Assembly (NCBI GenBank): GCA_031267535.1
Contig: JAIRYS010000021.1
Span: 1-64,000 of the forward strand
Reading direction: 5' to 3'
From: Holosporales bacterium
GTDB taxonomy: Bacteria; Pseudomonadota; Alphaproteobacteria; UBA3830; JAIRWN01
Length of the DNA: 64,000 nucleotides
The notes below the pieces were generated by a model. That model saw nothing but the letters and a program-made list of their open reading frames with translations, was not told the origin of the DNA and ran no database searches. The translations under genes were made by a program, and so were the position numbers. The stretch's first letter is position 1. Every line of letters starts with the position of its first letter. Below are positions 9,682 to 19,326 of this stretch, piece after piece.

Positions 9682-11686
9682 GGATTAGGTTGTCTTTCAC
9701 TCTGTGGGCAATTGACCTTACCAACTTTGCCAGGGAACAGGCTTCTTTTAGGCTGCATGTCTTAAATTCTGGGACGCCGCTTTGCTTAATGCCTAAAACG
9801 TCGCCGCCATGGCGAATATGAAGGTCTTCATGTGCAATTACAAAACCGTCGCTATTTTTTTGAATAACCTTAAGGCGCCGATGAGCAGTATCGCTTAGCG
9901 GCGGCTGATAAAGCAGGACGCAGTGTGATTGTTTGCTGCCACGACCAACTCTGCCGCGCAGTTGGTGCAATTGCGCCAAACCAAACCTTTCGGCATGTTC
10001 AATCACCATCAACGATGCGTTTGGCACGTCTATACCAACTTCTATCACGGTTGTTGAGACTAAAAGACGAATACTACCGTTTTTAAAGCTAAGCATCGTT
10101 TGATTTTTATCCTTTTGCTTTCCATGAATAAGCCCCACATTAAAGCCGTCCAGTTGAGTCTTCAGGTACTCAAATCTGCTTTTGGCGGCAGCTAGGTCAA
10201 GCTTTTCAGACTCTTCAACCAGTGGGCACACCCAATAAATCTGATCGCCTGAAGCCAGCAGTTTATGAACGCGGTCAATCAAAAGCGGCAATTTATCCAA
10301 CGGCAGGACAGAAGTCATGACGCTCAGGCGATCTTTGGGTTTATCGTGAATTTCACTTATGTCTACGCTTCCGTCGTATACCATAAGCAAAGTCCGTGGA
10401 ATGGGCGTGGCGGACAAGTATATGACACTGGCTTGTTCATTTCTCTTGCGCAAGCTTTCTCGTTGATCAACGCCAAATCTATGCTGTTCATCAATGACGA
10501 TTAGGCCAAGTTTCTTAAAAACGACCTTTTCCTCCAGCAAGGCATGTGTGCCAACTACAATGTTGGTAATTCCGTCTTTAATCTTAGCGTAAACGGCCTT
10601 ACTGTTATTGGATGCAGTTAGAAGCGCTATCGTCAGTCCTCCAAACCCACACAAATTTACGATTGTCTCGAAGTGCTGTTTGGCAAGGACCTCAGTTGGC
10701 GCAAGTAAAGCGCATTGATATCCGGCCTCGACGGAGCTCAACATGGCCAAAAAAGCCACAAGCGTTTTTCCGCAGCCCACATCCCCTTGAACTAAACGTA
10801 ACGCTGGATAATGGGCGGACAGATCTTGATCTATGTCCTTAAGCGCATCTGTCTGCCCTTGCGTTAATATAAGATCCGGCCTGGTTTGAAAAAAATCCCG
10901 CCGCAGTATCGTCGATGGCGGTATCACAGCTCCAGATGCGCTTTGACGTTGAAGACGATTTTGTTCAACTTTCTTGCCCCTGGTTACCAGTTCATCCAGA
11001 GCTAAACGTAACCGGGCCTTGGATGTAGATATATTAAGGTCTTGCTCGAATTTAGGCGCATGAACCGCTAAAAGACTTTCGTACCAACCGCTTAATTCGT
11101 ATTCTTTCAAAGTTTTCTCATCGAACCAGTCTTCTAAATCCCATATGCAGCCAAGCTGCTTAAGCAGTTGCGCGATACAACGTTGAATCGTGCCGTTGTT
11201 AAGTCCTGCGGTTAAGGGATACAAAACATCAACGCCGCACAGCTTATCCAACAAGTGTGCAGGGGCCGCTTTATCAGGGTGAGCAATCTGTATTTTGCCT
11301 TTATATTTCTCTACGCGGCCGCTTATGGCTCGCGTTTGATTCAAGGGGAATTGGCTCTCTATGTACTGCATACGGGCGTTAAAGAAAACCAACGTAAGGC
11401 CGTCTCCGTCTTTGTCAGAACAATATATTCTAAACGGCTGAGCGCCCCTTTTTCCCCAGTGCGGCTGAACGTATTCGTCGATACGCAGACAGATAGTATT
11501 ATAATCGCCTATCTTCAGCGCAGACACACAGTCCGCTTTATGGCGATACAATGTCCCAGAAGGCAAGTGAAAAAGCAGATCTAGAGCCGTTTCTATGCCC
11601 AACTTTTTAAGCAAATTTGCCGTCCTTGCTTCAAAGACGCTAATCGGATCGTTAAGAAGCGTCTTTATTCGTTTAATGTTGCTCAA
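9674..11686 (-). CDS. recG: ATP-dependent DNA helicase RecG
   Basis: 670 aa. Wedge/OB N-terminal domain, then helicase motifs GDVGCGKT, DEQHRFG, SATPIPRT and QLHQLRGRVGRG. Its stop overlaps the lnt stop convergently. Confidence 0.96.
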   Translation of the reverse strand: MSNIKRIKTLLNDPISVFEARTANLLKKLGIETALDLLFHLPSGTLYRHKADCVSALKIGDYNTICLRIDEYVQPHWGKRGAQPFRIYCSDKDGDGLTLVFFNARMQYIESQFPLNQTRAISGRVEKYKGKIQIAHPDKAAPAHLLDKLCGVDVLYPLTAGLNNGTIQRCIAQLLKQLGCIWDLEDWFDEKTLKEYELSGWYESLLAVHAPKFEQDLNISTSKARLRLALDELVTRGKKVEQNRLQRQSASGAVIPPSTILRRDFFQTRPDLILTQGQTDALKDIDQDLSAHYPALRLVQGDVGCGKTLVAFLAMLSSVEAGYQCALLAPTEVLAKQHFETIVNLCGFGGLTIALLTASNNSKAVYAKIKDGITNIVVGTHALLEEKVVFKKLGLIVIDEQHRFGVDQRESLRKRNEQASVIYLSATPIPRTLLMVYDGSVDISEIHDKPKDRLSVMTSVLPLDKLPLLIDRVHKLLASGDQIYWVCPLVEESEKLDLAAAKSRFEYLKTQLDGFNVGLIHGKQKDKNQTMLSFKNGSIRLLVSTTVIEVGIDVPNASLMVIEHAERFGLAQLHQLRGRVGRGSKQSHCVLLYQPPLSDTAHRRLKVIQKNSDGFVIAHEDLHIRHGGDVLGIKQSGVPEFKTCSLKEACSLAKLVRSIAHRVKDNLILN

Positions 11687-11858
11687 TCCTGGTTGTATGC
11701 TGCTGTAAACACGTATTGAAAGCTATCTCACAAGTTGCATAAAAGCAATTGGCGCAGGCCTTTCCGGGCATTCAACGCAACCCTCTCTTCAAACATTAAT
11801 CATCTAGTAACAGTCAAAAGATGTTGATATATATGAAGTTACGGTTGGCAGTGGTCCG

Positions 11859-13073
11859 ATGAAGTACATTAAATACCTGATATTAGCAATTATCGTCGCT
11901 TATACCGCCTTGGTTCCGGGTAAAGTCGCCGTCGATTGGTTGGGTTATCATATCGAAGTTTCGGTCGCCATTGCGACGGCTTCTGTTTCGTTATTGATTG
12001 TTGTGTATTGGTTGACCAAGGGCCTTATACGCCGCATGTTTGGCTTTGTTCGCAACTTTTACAGCGCCAATAAGACAGAGAGAATACTTGACGTCGTCGC
12101 CAGCATACTGGCTGCGCTTATAAGAAAAGACTATAAAGAAGCTGATAAGCAAATCGCTCGCTCGCGCAAGCTTGTAAAGGCCGGGCATCCTTTACTAACT
12201 TGGCTTGAAGGCAATCACAGAGCATCCATTGGAGACAGTGAAAACGCCAATTTGCTGTTTTTTAACTTAAGCAACAATGACAAATACAGATTCTTAGGGG
12301 CTTATTCTCAGTACAAACTTCGCATAGAAAATTCTCAAAACGCAGCAGCCTTTAAGGTTGCTCAAAATTATTTAGAAAAAAACCACAAAGACTTTTTCTT
12401 TTTGGAACAGGTTATAACCCTAGCGGTTAAAGAAAAAGATTACGAGCTGGCTTTAAATTATCAGGCCAGTCTGCCAATCAGCCTTAGCGGTCAAGAGAAC
12501 GAAGCGGCGATTTGTTACCTGTTGGCGCAAGGCAAATCCGAGGAAGATAAAGAGCTTAGGCTTGAACAAGCTTGCAAGCTGGACAGCGGTTTAGTTCCTG
12601 CTGTGCTTGAGTACGCAAAATGTTTGGCAAATAAAGATCAAGCCAAAAAAGCGGAAAAATACCTGTGGAAATGCTGGGAGAAAAGTGGGCACTACAGATG
12701 CATTTTAGATTTGCAAGAACTTCTGCAAGCCAACGAGAAGGAAAGGCTTAATATAGCCAGAAAAGCGGTTGAGTTTATGCCGGATCGCTGGGACAGTTAC
12801 TACATAGCGGGGTTGGCGTACCTGAATGCGCAATTGCTGGTTACCGCCAAGGAATATTTAAGTAAAGCTTGGCAAATACTGCGTACACAGGAGGTCTGTG
12901 ATTTCCTTAAATCAATCGACGACTGCGGTATGGATTTGTTTGACGGAACCTTCGACAAGGTGCACTGGACTTGCTGTAAGTGCTTGATGCAATCTGAAGA
13001 TTGGTTGCCCATATGCCCAAAATGCGAGTCTTTCAACAGCCTTAAATGGTTCAGCAACGCCTCTTCCCACTGA
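11859..13073 (+). CDS. HemY-N-domain/TPR inner-membrane protein with C-terminal zinc ribbon
   Basis: 404 aa. Two N-terminal TM helices, helical repeat body, and a C-terminal CCKC...CPKC (WTCCKCLMQSEDWLPICPKCESFNSLKW), as in alphaproteobacterial HemY-like proteins. Confidence 0.7.
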   Translation: MKYIKYLILAIIVAYTALVPGKVAVDWLGYHIEVSVAIATASVSLLIVVYWLTKGLIRRMFGFVRNFYSANKTERILDVVASILAALIRKDYKEADKQIARSRKLVKAGHPLLTWLEGNHRASIGDSENANLLFFNLSNNDKYRFLGAYSQYKLRIENSQNAAAFKVAQNYLEKNHKDFFFLEQVITLAVKEKDYELALNYQASLPISLSGQENEAAICYLLAQGKSEEDKELRLEQACKLDSGLVPAVLEYAKCLANKDQAKKAEKYLWKCWEKSGHYRCILDLQELLQANEKERLNIARKAVEFMPDRWDSYYIAGLAYLNAQLLVTAKEYLSKAWQILRTQEVCDFLKSIDDCGMDLFDGTFDKVHWTCCKCLMQSEDWLPICPKCESFNSLKWFSNASSH

Positions 13074-13187
13074 CATATTAAGCTTTACCAAATTGCTGGC
13101 GATTGACGTATAACGCACAGGCAGCCTGTAGATTGCAAACGTGCGATGAATTGCTTAACATGAGCTGTCGATTCAATTTACATACCT

Positions 13188-13649
13188 TTGAAGTACGTTT
13201 TTTACGAAACATTTCCAGGAGTTGCCGTAGATCGCATCTGCGCAGCTTTGCTGGAAAAGGCTTTTGGAGCGGAAACCAGAGCGGTAGTTTTCTCGCCGTT
13301 TATAGAGCGAATCAGAGCGCTGGACAGTTTACTTTGGACGTTTAGGCCGGGCTCGTTTGTCCCGCATGGGTCGTCAGAAAGTGCGTCACAGCCAGTCGCC
13401 CAACCAATATGGCTGACCGACAAGCAGGAAAATCCTAATAATGCTCAAATACTGATGTTGGTTGATTATTGCGAAGCTTTGCGTGATGCGGACACAGAAG
13501 CGCTTGGATTTTCAAAAATAATCTATATTACTTCTGGCGCAGATGCGGATAGCCTCTTTAAGCTTAAATCTTTTTGCAATAGCGCATCTGAACCCGACAG
13601 CGCCGTATTCTGGCAACAAGGGAAAAATGGCGATTGGCAACAGGTATGA
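13188..13649 (+). CDS. holC: DNA polymerase III subunit chi
   Basis: 153 aa. FYETF...RICAALLEKAF..GTRAVVF...ALDSLLWTFRPGSFVPHG fits the chi (HolC) family pattern. Confidence 0.85.
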   Translation: MKYVFYETFPGVAVDRICAALLEKAFGAETRAVVFSPFIERIRALDSLLWTFRPGSFVPHGSSESASQPVAQPIWLTDKQENPNNAQILMLVDYCEALRDADTEALGFSKIIYITSGADADSLFKLKSFCNSASEPDSAVFWQQGKNGDWQQV

Positions 13650-13700
13650 ATTTGTTGTAAAAATATCGAATCTTTATAAAGCAGGGTGAAGAAAACAACG

Positions 13701-14120
13701 ATGCGCGAAATGACTTTATCTATACTGAAACCAGATGCCGTGAGACGTAATATCACCGGCGCCATAAACAGCTATTTTGAAAAAGCTGGCCTTTCAATAG
13801 TTGCGCAAAAAAGAATCAAGCTGCCTTACGAGCAGGCCGAGGCATTTTATGCTGTGCATAAAGAGCGCCCCTTTTTCCAAAGCCTTTGCAAATCAATATC
13901 CTCTGGACCGGTGGTAGTTCAGGTGCTGTCCGGAGACGGAGTAATTGCTTTAAACAGAAAGATTATGGGCGCTACTGACCCCGCCAACGCTGATCATGGC
14001 ACAATCAGAAAGGATTTCGCCTTGTCGATTGAGGAAAACAGCGTACATGGATCTGACAGTCCGGAAAACGCGGCCAAAGAGATTCAGTTTTTCTTTAGCG
14101 AGATTGAAATCATCCCTTAG
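13701..14120 (+). CDS. ndk: Nucleoside diphosphate kinase
   Basis: [14 protein letters not shown]...[16 protein letters not shown] (active-site His in NSVHGSD). The ORF opens at GTG 13686, but the ATG at 13701 matches the canonical N-terminus. Confidence 0.95.
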   Translation: MREMTLSILKPDAVRRNITGAINSYFEKAGLSIVAQKRIKLPYEQAEAFYAVHKERPFFQSLCKSISSGPVVVQVLSGDGVIALNRKIMGATDPANADHGTIRKDFALSIEENSVHGSDSPENAAKEIQFFFSEIEIIP

Positions 14121-14133
14121 ACTAAGGTTAAGT

Positions 14134-14976
14134 ATGCTTGGCTTTGTGAGAATATTGTTGGTATTGTGCTTTTGGCCCGTCGGATCGGGGGCCTTAGAGG
14201 CTTATGCTTCGACTGTCGCGGTTAAAGACGTCTTCGTAAAAGCAGAAGATAAAAGCGCAACAAAAGCCAAAGATCAAGCTTTGCGTAAAGGCGAGGCTTT
14301 GGCTGTCCTTGAAGCAGCGCAAGCAATGGCCGAGCCACACCAGAACATCAACGATATTTTATCGTCGATTAGAAGTCCTTCTGCCTATGTTTCGGACTTT
14401 ACTATAAACGAAGAAAAAATAACCCCTACTGCATATGAAGCCTTTGTCACATATCGCTTGGCAAAAGATAGGCTGATTAAGCTTCTTGTTGACAAAGGCG
14501 TTAAGCTTAAGCCGGAAGCTGAACGTATAGCCAGTATTAGAGCAAAAGATCTTTACGGGAAAGAGGTTGTGATAGAAAGTTTAGGGGACGCCTCAGGCGG
14601 GCGGCCTAGGCGTGCGCCAAGCGATTCAGATAAAAGCTTTGGTCGGGATAATGGAGCAGAGCCGCATGCGACTGTGATCAAGATAAGGACGCATTCTGTT
14701 AAGGATTGGCTTGATCTGTCGCCGGTTTTGGCGAATTTTTTTGAATCAACAACTGTTTATGTTTCGGCAAATCTAACGATACTGGAAGCGTCCAACATCG
14801 TCATAGACGATAACTTGATCAAAGCGGTCAGCGAGCGTGGGTTTAGCCTGACGGTATTGCCAGATAAGACGGTTGTTGTGTCCATAAAAGAGGCCTTGGC
14901 TGGCGATCGGGAAGCAAATACTGCCCCGCCGCCAAGCTCTGTCGTATCTGAGGCAGGCATTGGGCACACAATCTAA
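14134..14976 (+). CDS. Hypothetical exported protein (~280 aa)
   Basis: The ORF track opens at 13996 inside ndk. The ATG at 14134 is preceded by AAGG and gives a signal peptide (MLGFVRILLVLCFWPVGSGALEA). I recognise no family. Confidence 0.6.
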   Translation: MLGFVRILLVLCFWPVGSGALEAYASTVAVKDVFVKAEDKSATKAKDQALRKGEALAVLEAAQAMAEPHQNINDILSSIRSPSAYVSDFTINEEKITPTAYEAFVTYRLAKDRLIKLLVDKGVKLKPEAERIASIRAKDLYGKEVVIESLGDASGGRPRRAPSDSDKSFGRDNGAEPHATVIKIRTHSVKDWLDLSPVLANFFESTTVYVSANLTILEASNIVIDDNLIKAVSERGFSLTVLPDKTVVVSIKEALAGDREANTAPPPSSVVSEAGIGHTI

Positions 14977-15574
14977 ACACGTTTTGTGTCGTTGCTGTAG
15001 CCCATTAAGATCAATCATAAATCTGCCGAATTGTTTGTCATTCATGCGTTTAATCAGCGCGCCAGCGGTGTTTTACCTTCTTAATATAAGGTTATTTGCA
15101 GAGTGTTTTATGGTATTTCTATGCGCCTCAGCAACAGACTTTTTGGACGGATATACGGCGCGTAGATTTGGCGCTTCTTCCAGCTTTGGTTCTGCGCTGG
15201 ATCCGCTGGCTGATAAGACGTTGATGTTCTTTTTTTATTACGGGGCATACAGGATTGGGGCTGCGCCATTATGGCTGTTTTTACTGATTATATCGCGAGA
15301 TATGCTTATATTGGTCGTCGCCTTATATATAATCTGCAAATGGAATAGTAAAGGGACGGCCGATTCAGTAAACTCTTTCAAGCCATCTTTTATAAGTAAA
15401 CTGAACACTGTTTTCCAGCTTGTTTTGGCCTTGGTTATTTTGTGCGATTTGTGTCTGTGGGGCGATTGGACAAGGATAGCGGCGGAGGCGCTTATCTGTA
15501 TCGTTGGAATAACAACCCTTGTTTCTGGTATACAGTATCTTGTGTCTTATTTAAGGTCTAATGTGATTCGATGA
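14960..15574 (+). CDS. pgsA: CDP-alcohol phosphatidyltransferase (PgsA-like)
   Basis: INLPNCLSFMRL N-terminal motif and DFLDGYTARRFGASSSFGSALDPLADK (the D.2DG.2AR...G.3D.3D signature). Start uncertain (TTG 14960 or TTG 14984). Confidence 0.9.
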   Translation: MGTQSKHVLCRCCSPLRSIINLPNCLSFMRLISAPAVFYLLNIRLFAECFMVFLCASATDFLDGYTARRFGASSSFGSALDPLADKTLMFFFYYGAYRIGAAPLWLFLLIISRDMLILVVALYIICKWNSKGTADSVNSFKPSFISKLNTVFQLVLALVILCDLCLWGDWTRIAAEALICIVGITTLVSGIQYLVSYLRSNVIR

Positions 15575-16635
15575 TGCACAGGCAAAAAGCACCGCACCGT
15601 CTTTTGTTTTGGCCAACGATGTTCGTTCTGTTTGCGGCCTTTTTCTACTTATTTGGGGTGGTTACCGTTCCGTTTACGGCAAGCGCTATATTCGCCTATG
15701 TTCTTCGCCCGCTGTATCAAAGGGCGTCAAAAGTCCTTAATAACGAAACCCTGACCAGTCTTTTTGTCACATTCGGCTTTATCTTAATGTTCGCCGCCTT
15801 TGCGGTGGTGTTCCTGCCGTACCTTGAGATGGAGCTTATCAAGCTTATCAAAATAGTCCCAAAGTGCATCGCTCAGATTGCAGAAGTGTCTTCTAGCATT
15901 ATAAACGCGGTCTTTGAACACTGGACCATACCTGATCAGGCAAGCCTGAAACAGGTTATGATCGATGTAGGCGGCGGGCTTACAAAAAATCTGCTGGAGT
16001 TTACCCTTAAACTTTTTGCAAGTGGCGGATTTATCGCTACGGGGGCGGCAACCCTTGTTATTGCTCCGTTCGCTATATTTTTCTTGCTGAAGGATTACGA
16101 CAAGCTGGTAAATGCAGTTCGCGCTTGGGTTCCCAAAAGTCAGCTGCCTATGTTTGGCGAGATATGCCGCAGGGTTAACGATGTTTTGTCCGGATATTTC
16201 AGGGGACAGCTGGCAGTATCGCTGATTATGGGCGGTTTCTATACAGTCGCGCTGTGGACGCTGAAGCTGGATGCGGCGGTGTTTATGGGGTTCTTGAGCA
16301 GCATTCTGTCATTTGCGCCAACAATTGGTGCATTGATAGGGCTGGTTGTAGCTTCATTCCTAGGAATAGTGCAGTTTGGCGTAGATTATCGTGTTGCGGT
16401 CATAGTTGCGATTTACCTAACGGGGCAGTTTATCGAGGCCAATTTTTTGGTTCCAAGACTGATAGGATCGAAAGTGGGATTACATCCGCTTTGGGTGTTT
16501 TTTGCAATATATGCCGGTATTTCGCTGTATGGGGTGATTGGCGTGATAATCGCCGTACCTGCCGCCGCAGTAATCAATGTTGGCGTGCGTTTTGCCTTGG
16601 AGAATTTTCATAAATCTGAAACATACTTAAGTTGA
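15571..16635 (+). CDS. AI-2E family transporter (PerM/YhhT-like)
   Basis: 354 aa polytopic membrane protein with the typical AI-2E layout. It lies directly upstream of hdaA, as in many alphaproteobacteria. Confidence 0.8.
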   Translation: MMHRQKAPHRLLFWPTMFVLFAAFFYLFGVVTVPFTASAIFAYVLRPLYQRASKVLNNETLTSLFVTFGFILMFAAFAVVFLPYLEMELIKLIKIVPKCIAQIAEVSSSIINAVFEHWTIPDQASLKQVMIDVGGGLTKNLLEFTLKLFASGGFIATGAATLVIAPFAIFFLLKDYDKLVNAVRAWVPKSQLPMFGEICRRVNDVLSGYFRGQLAVSLIMGGFYTVALWTLKLDAAVFMGFLSSILSFAPTIGALIGLVVASFLGIVQFGVDYRVAVIVAIYLTGQFIEANFLVPRLIGSKVGLHPLWVFFAIYAGISLYGVIGVIIAVPAAAVINVGVRFALENFHKSETYLS

Positions 16636-16636
16636 T

Positions 16637-17299
16637 ATGAATCAGATTATTCTTAATTTTGGCGACCAACCCAAGCTTGGGTGGAGCGACTTTGAAGTCG
16701 GTCCGGCCAATCAAGCCGCAATTGAGTGGTTGATTAAATGGCCAAATTGGCCCTCAAATGGACTGGTGATACATGGCGAAGCCGGCTGCGGTAAAACTCA
16801 TCTAGGTAGGCTTTGGATGAGCATGGTGGACGCCGAACTTGTTACACCAAATAATTTGGCTTGTACGGTTGAACAATGTGCCGGAAAGCACTTTCTTGTG
16901 GACAGCATAGATATACTGAAAAGCAATGAAAAACTAGCGTTTCATCTTATCAATATTGTTAAAGAAAAAAATGGCAGCCTCTTGGTTTTAGACCGAGAAC
17001 CGCCGTTCAATTGGGATATTGATTTAAAAGATTTGGTTTCTAGGCTTTTGGCGTTAAGCTCAGTTCAGATTATGCCTCCGGATGATATGCTGTTGGCAGC
17101 AATACTGGCGACCCAGCTGAAATCCAGGGGAAATGTCCCTGATCTCAGGTTTTGTAAGTATGCGATTGACAGGCTTCCTCGTACATTTGATGCAGTTTTG
17201 GATTTTGTAAGTCGCATCGATTCTGCCTCGCTGCAAACTAAGAAACCTATAACCTTCTCGCTTATTAAGTCTATTTTGGAAACAGCGCAGCATATCTAG
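16637..17299 (+). CDS. hdaA: DnaA-related regulatory inactivator HdaA
   Basis: 220 aa short AAA+ protein with Walker A GEAGCGKTHL. Size and context match the Hda family. Confidence 0.8.
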   Translation: MNQIILNFGDQPKLGWSDFEVGPANQAAIEWLIKWPNWPSNGLVIHGEAGCGKTHLGRLWMSMVDAELVTPNNLACTVEQCAGKHFLVDSIDILKSNEKLAFHLINIVKEKNGSLLVLDREPPFNWDIDLKDLVSRLLALSSVQIMPPDDMLLAAILATQLKSRGNVPDLRFCKYAIDRLPRTFDAVLDFVSRIDSASLQTKKPITFSLIKSILETAQHI

Positions 17300-17341
17300 C
17301 ATTTAACGTAATTGAATGCTACGGCCAGATAGTTGACTTTC

Positions 17342-17359
17342 ACTATCAAATGTGATAGT
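17342..17359. promoter_or_regulatory. Inverted repeat ACTATCA-N4-TGATAGT, candidate relBE operator
   Basis: Perfect 7-bp arms about 30 nt upstream of the relB start, just before GGAGG-N5-ATG. Confidence 0.4.
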
Positions 17360-17386
17360 ATATCCTATATTTTAACGGAGGCATTT

Positions 17387-17620
17387 ATGGCGATGGCGAC
17401 CAGAATAAACATGGGACTAGACTTAAGCACGGTGAATCAGCTTAAGCAAATCGCTAAGGCGACGAAAACAACAGTATCTCAGCTGTGTGCAAAGTACGTA
17501 AAACAACAGTTGGAATACGACGAAGACGCCTATTGGATGAAGATTATTTCTGAAAGGCGGCATGAGCCTAATTTTCCAGCAGAACAAGTTTGGAAAACGC
17601 TTAGGCTGGAAAATGATTGA
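17387..17620 (+). CDS. relB: Type II antitoxin, ribbon-helix-helix RelB/DinJ-like
   Basis: The ATG at 17387 is preceded by GGAGG. 77 aa with an RHH-like N-terminus (ATRINMGLDLSTVNQLKQIAK). Its stop overlaps the toxin start (TGATG). Confidence 0.8.
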   Translation: MAMATRINMGLDLSTVNQLKQIAKATKTTVSQLCAKYVKQQLEYDEDAYWMKIISERRHEPNFPAEQVWKTLRLEND

Positions 17621-17871
17621 TGTGGAGGATCGAATTTAAAGAAAGCGCAGTAGCAGATTTAAAAAAGATACCTAGAAACTTGCAAATATCTATCAAGAAG
17701 GCAATTTGCGAGCGTATAGCCGTCACCTCATATAGGTTTAAACCCCTAAAAGGCGAGTGGGAGGGTTGCTACAGGCTTAGGGTCGGTGATTACCGAATTA
17801 TCTATGAAGTAAATAAATCAGAGGTTGCAGTAATCATCATTAAGATCGGAATCAGGAGCGACGTGTACTAA
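17620..17871 (+). CDS. relE: Type II toxin, RelE/ParE family
   Basis: 83-84 aa. WRIEF...A..DLKKIP......I...I......P...KPLKGEW.G.YRLRVGDYRIIYEV......V.II.IG.R..VY is the classic RelE/ParE pattern. Confidence 0.88.
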   Translation: MWRIEFKESAVADLKKIPRNLQISIKKAICERIAVTSYRFKPLKGEWEGCYRLRVGDYRIIYEVNKSEVAVIIIKIGIRSDVY

Positions 17872-17927
17872 AACAACAGTTTGTTTTTACTGCTTTTATT
17901 TGATTAAAAACTCTAACAAGCGATCTG

Positions 17928-18875
17928 TTATCCTGGCAAAGGTCTGATCGTAACTTCTGAGTCGTTTATAGCGGCCTTTATATCAGCGATGACCTGTTTT
18001 GCTGTACGATCGGCGTCAATAAGACTTAGGGTTTTGTCAACCACAACCTCAATAACAATAAACTTTTTATAAGCGGCAGAACGTGTTTGAAGTCTGGCAA
18101 CTGATTTTACGCCAGGCACGCCTTCGGCAACTTTGCGTATCTGATTTTTTAGTTGCTTGGGAAGTTCCTCATCCATCAGGTCTTTAGCAGCGGCGAGAAA
18201 CACTTGAATAGCATTGTAAAAGATGTATATCGCAACGCTTACGCCGAAAAATATGTCTATATACGGCAGATCAAAATTATCGCTTGTCCAGACAGCAATT
18301 ATCGCTCCGAAATTTAATGCCAGATCGCCTTTGTAATGGACTGCTACCGCTTCTATCAGCAGAGATTTAGTCCTTTTGATCGTGTATTTTTGAATCAGTA
18401 TTAGGCATACCAAAAGCGCTGACGAAATTAACACTAGCCATATGCCTGTTTTGGCTTCTTTAACTTGCTCATGGTTGAAAATATGTTCAAGTACCTCCAT
18501 GATTAGAAGTATCCCGCTGCCTAGGACGAACATAGTCTGACCAATCGAAGCTACGGATTCTGCTTTGCTGTGGCCAAAGCTGTGGCGGCCGTCGGCCGGT
18601 TTATCGGCAACAGAAATTGCAAACACAGCAGTTGCCGATGCAATAACGTCCATGAGGCTGTCGACGAAAGCCGCTTGCAAGCTTGTTGAATTGGTAAACA
18701 ACCAAGCGCACAACTTCAGTATGGCGATGACAGCCGATATGGCGACCGACCAATATATGGCGTTTCTGACAAGCTTATGACGAGGATCGCCAAAATCAAC
18801 GACAGAAAGCTTAAACAAATTACAGTGCGTGTGATGCGCCATTTTATGATCCGATGCGTTCGCAAACAAATGCAT
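17928..18875 (-). CDS. Cation diffusion facilitator family divalent-metal exporter (FieF-like)
   Basis: 315 aa with six TM helices. FVDSLMDVIAS (TM2) and HSFGHSKAES motifs, plus a C-terminal cytoplasmic metal-binding domain. The start may be the internal Met12. Confidence 0.88.
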   Translation of the reverse strand: MHLFANASDHKMAHHTHCNLFKLSVVDFGDPRHKLVRNAIYWSVAISAVIAILKLCAWLFTNSTSLQAAFVDSLMDVIASATAVFAISVADKPADGRHSFGHSKAESVASIGQTMFVLGSGILLIMEVLEHIFNHEQVKEAKTGIWLVLISSALLVCLILIQKYTIKRTKSLLIEAVAVHYKGDLALNFGAIIAVWTSDNFDLPYIDIFFGVSVAIYIFYNAIQVFLAAAKDLMDEELPKQLKNQIRKVAEGVPGVKSVARLQTRSAAYKKFIVIEVVVDKTLSLIDADRTAKQVIADIKAAINDSEVTIRPLPG

Positions 18876-18969
18876 GAAATACCTAAACTAATTAGCAAGA
18901 TAATTTTTACAGATTATCAGTTGCTTACAAAGCCTTCCTCTTTACCAAATCTCATTTATTCATATCTTC

Positions 18970-19020
18970 ATGATTATCATACCTTATTTTAAAGGGAAAA
19001 TATGGTTTTGAGATAATCAT
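18970..19020. promoter_or_regulatory. Fur/Zur-box-like repeats upstream of the CDF gene
   Basis: ATGATTATCAT (18970-18980; its RC ATGATAATCAT matches the core of GATAATGATAATCATTATC) and GATAATCAT (19012-19020). A third GATTATCAG lies at ~18913. Confidence 0.35.
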
Positions 19021-19044
19021 AAAAGTGGTATCCGTCTGAAGTTA

Positions 19045-19326
19045 TTACGACGATGATCGGTTGTCATTCCGAAAGCAATGATATCTGCAGGATAGAAACT
19101 GCGTCGTATCCCCGCTTACACGATACACGATCCTGTGTTCTTTATTAATTCTGCGAGACCAACATCCAGAAAGCTCATACTTTAACGATTCAGGCTTACC
19201 AATTTCGCTGAATGGACGATGTCTTGTTTCATCTACTAGACGCAGTATTTTGTCGGAAATTTTTCTGTCGCACTTCTTCCAATACTCAAAATCGTCGTGA
19301 AATTTCAGCGCAAACTCAATATCCAC
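19045..19326 (-). CDS. yoeB: Type II toxin YoeB/Txe family (atypical C-terminus)
   Basis: GTG start. ...FEYWKK.D.K....I..L...T...PF..IGKPE.LK..LSG.WSRRI..EHR.VY.V...... aligns residue for residue with YoeB. It ends RYHC plus a 9-aa extension instead of RYHY-stop. Confidence 0.85.
   Translation of the reverse strand: MDIEFALKFHDDFEYWKKCDRKISDKILRLVDETRHRPFSEIGKPESLKYELSGCWSRRINKEHRIVYRVSGDTTQFLSCRYHCFRNDNRSSS

Noticed and set aside
13996-14133. Upstream extension of the 14134-14976 ORF, overlapping 125 nt of ndk
   Set aside because: The extension is translated from the ndk 3' region in another frame. The ATG at 14134 yields a proper signal peptide and has an SD-like AAGG.
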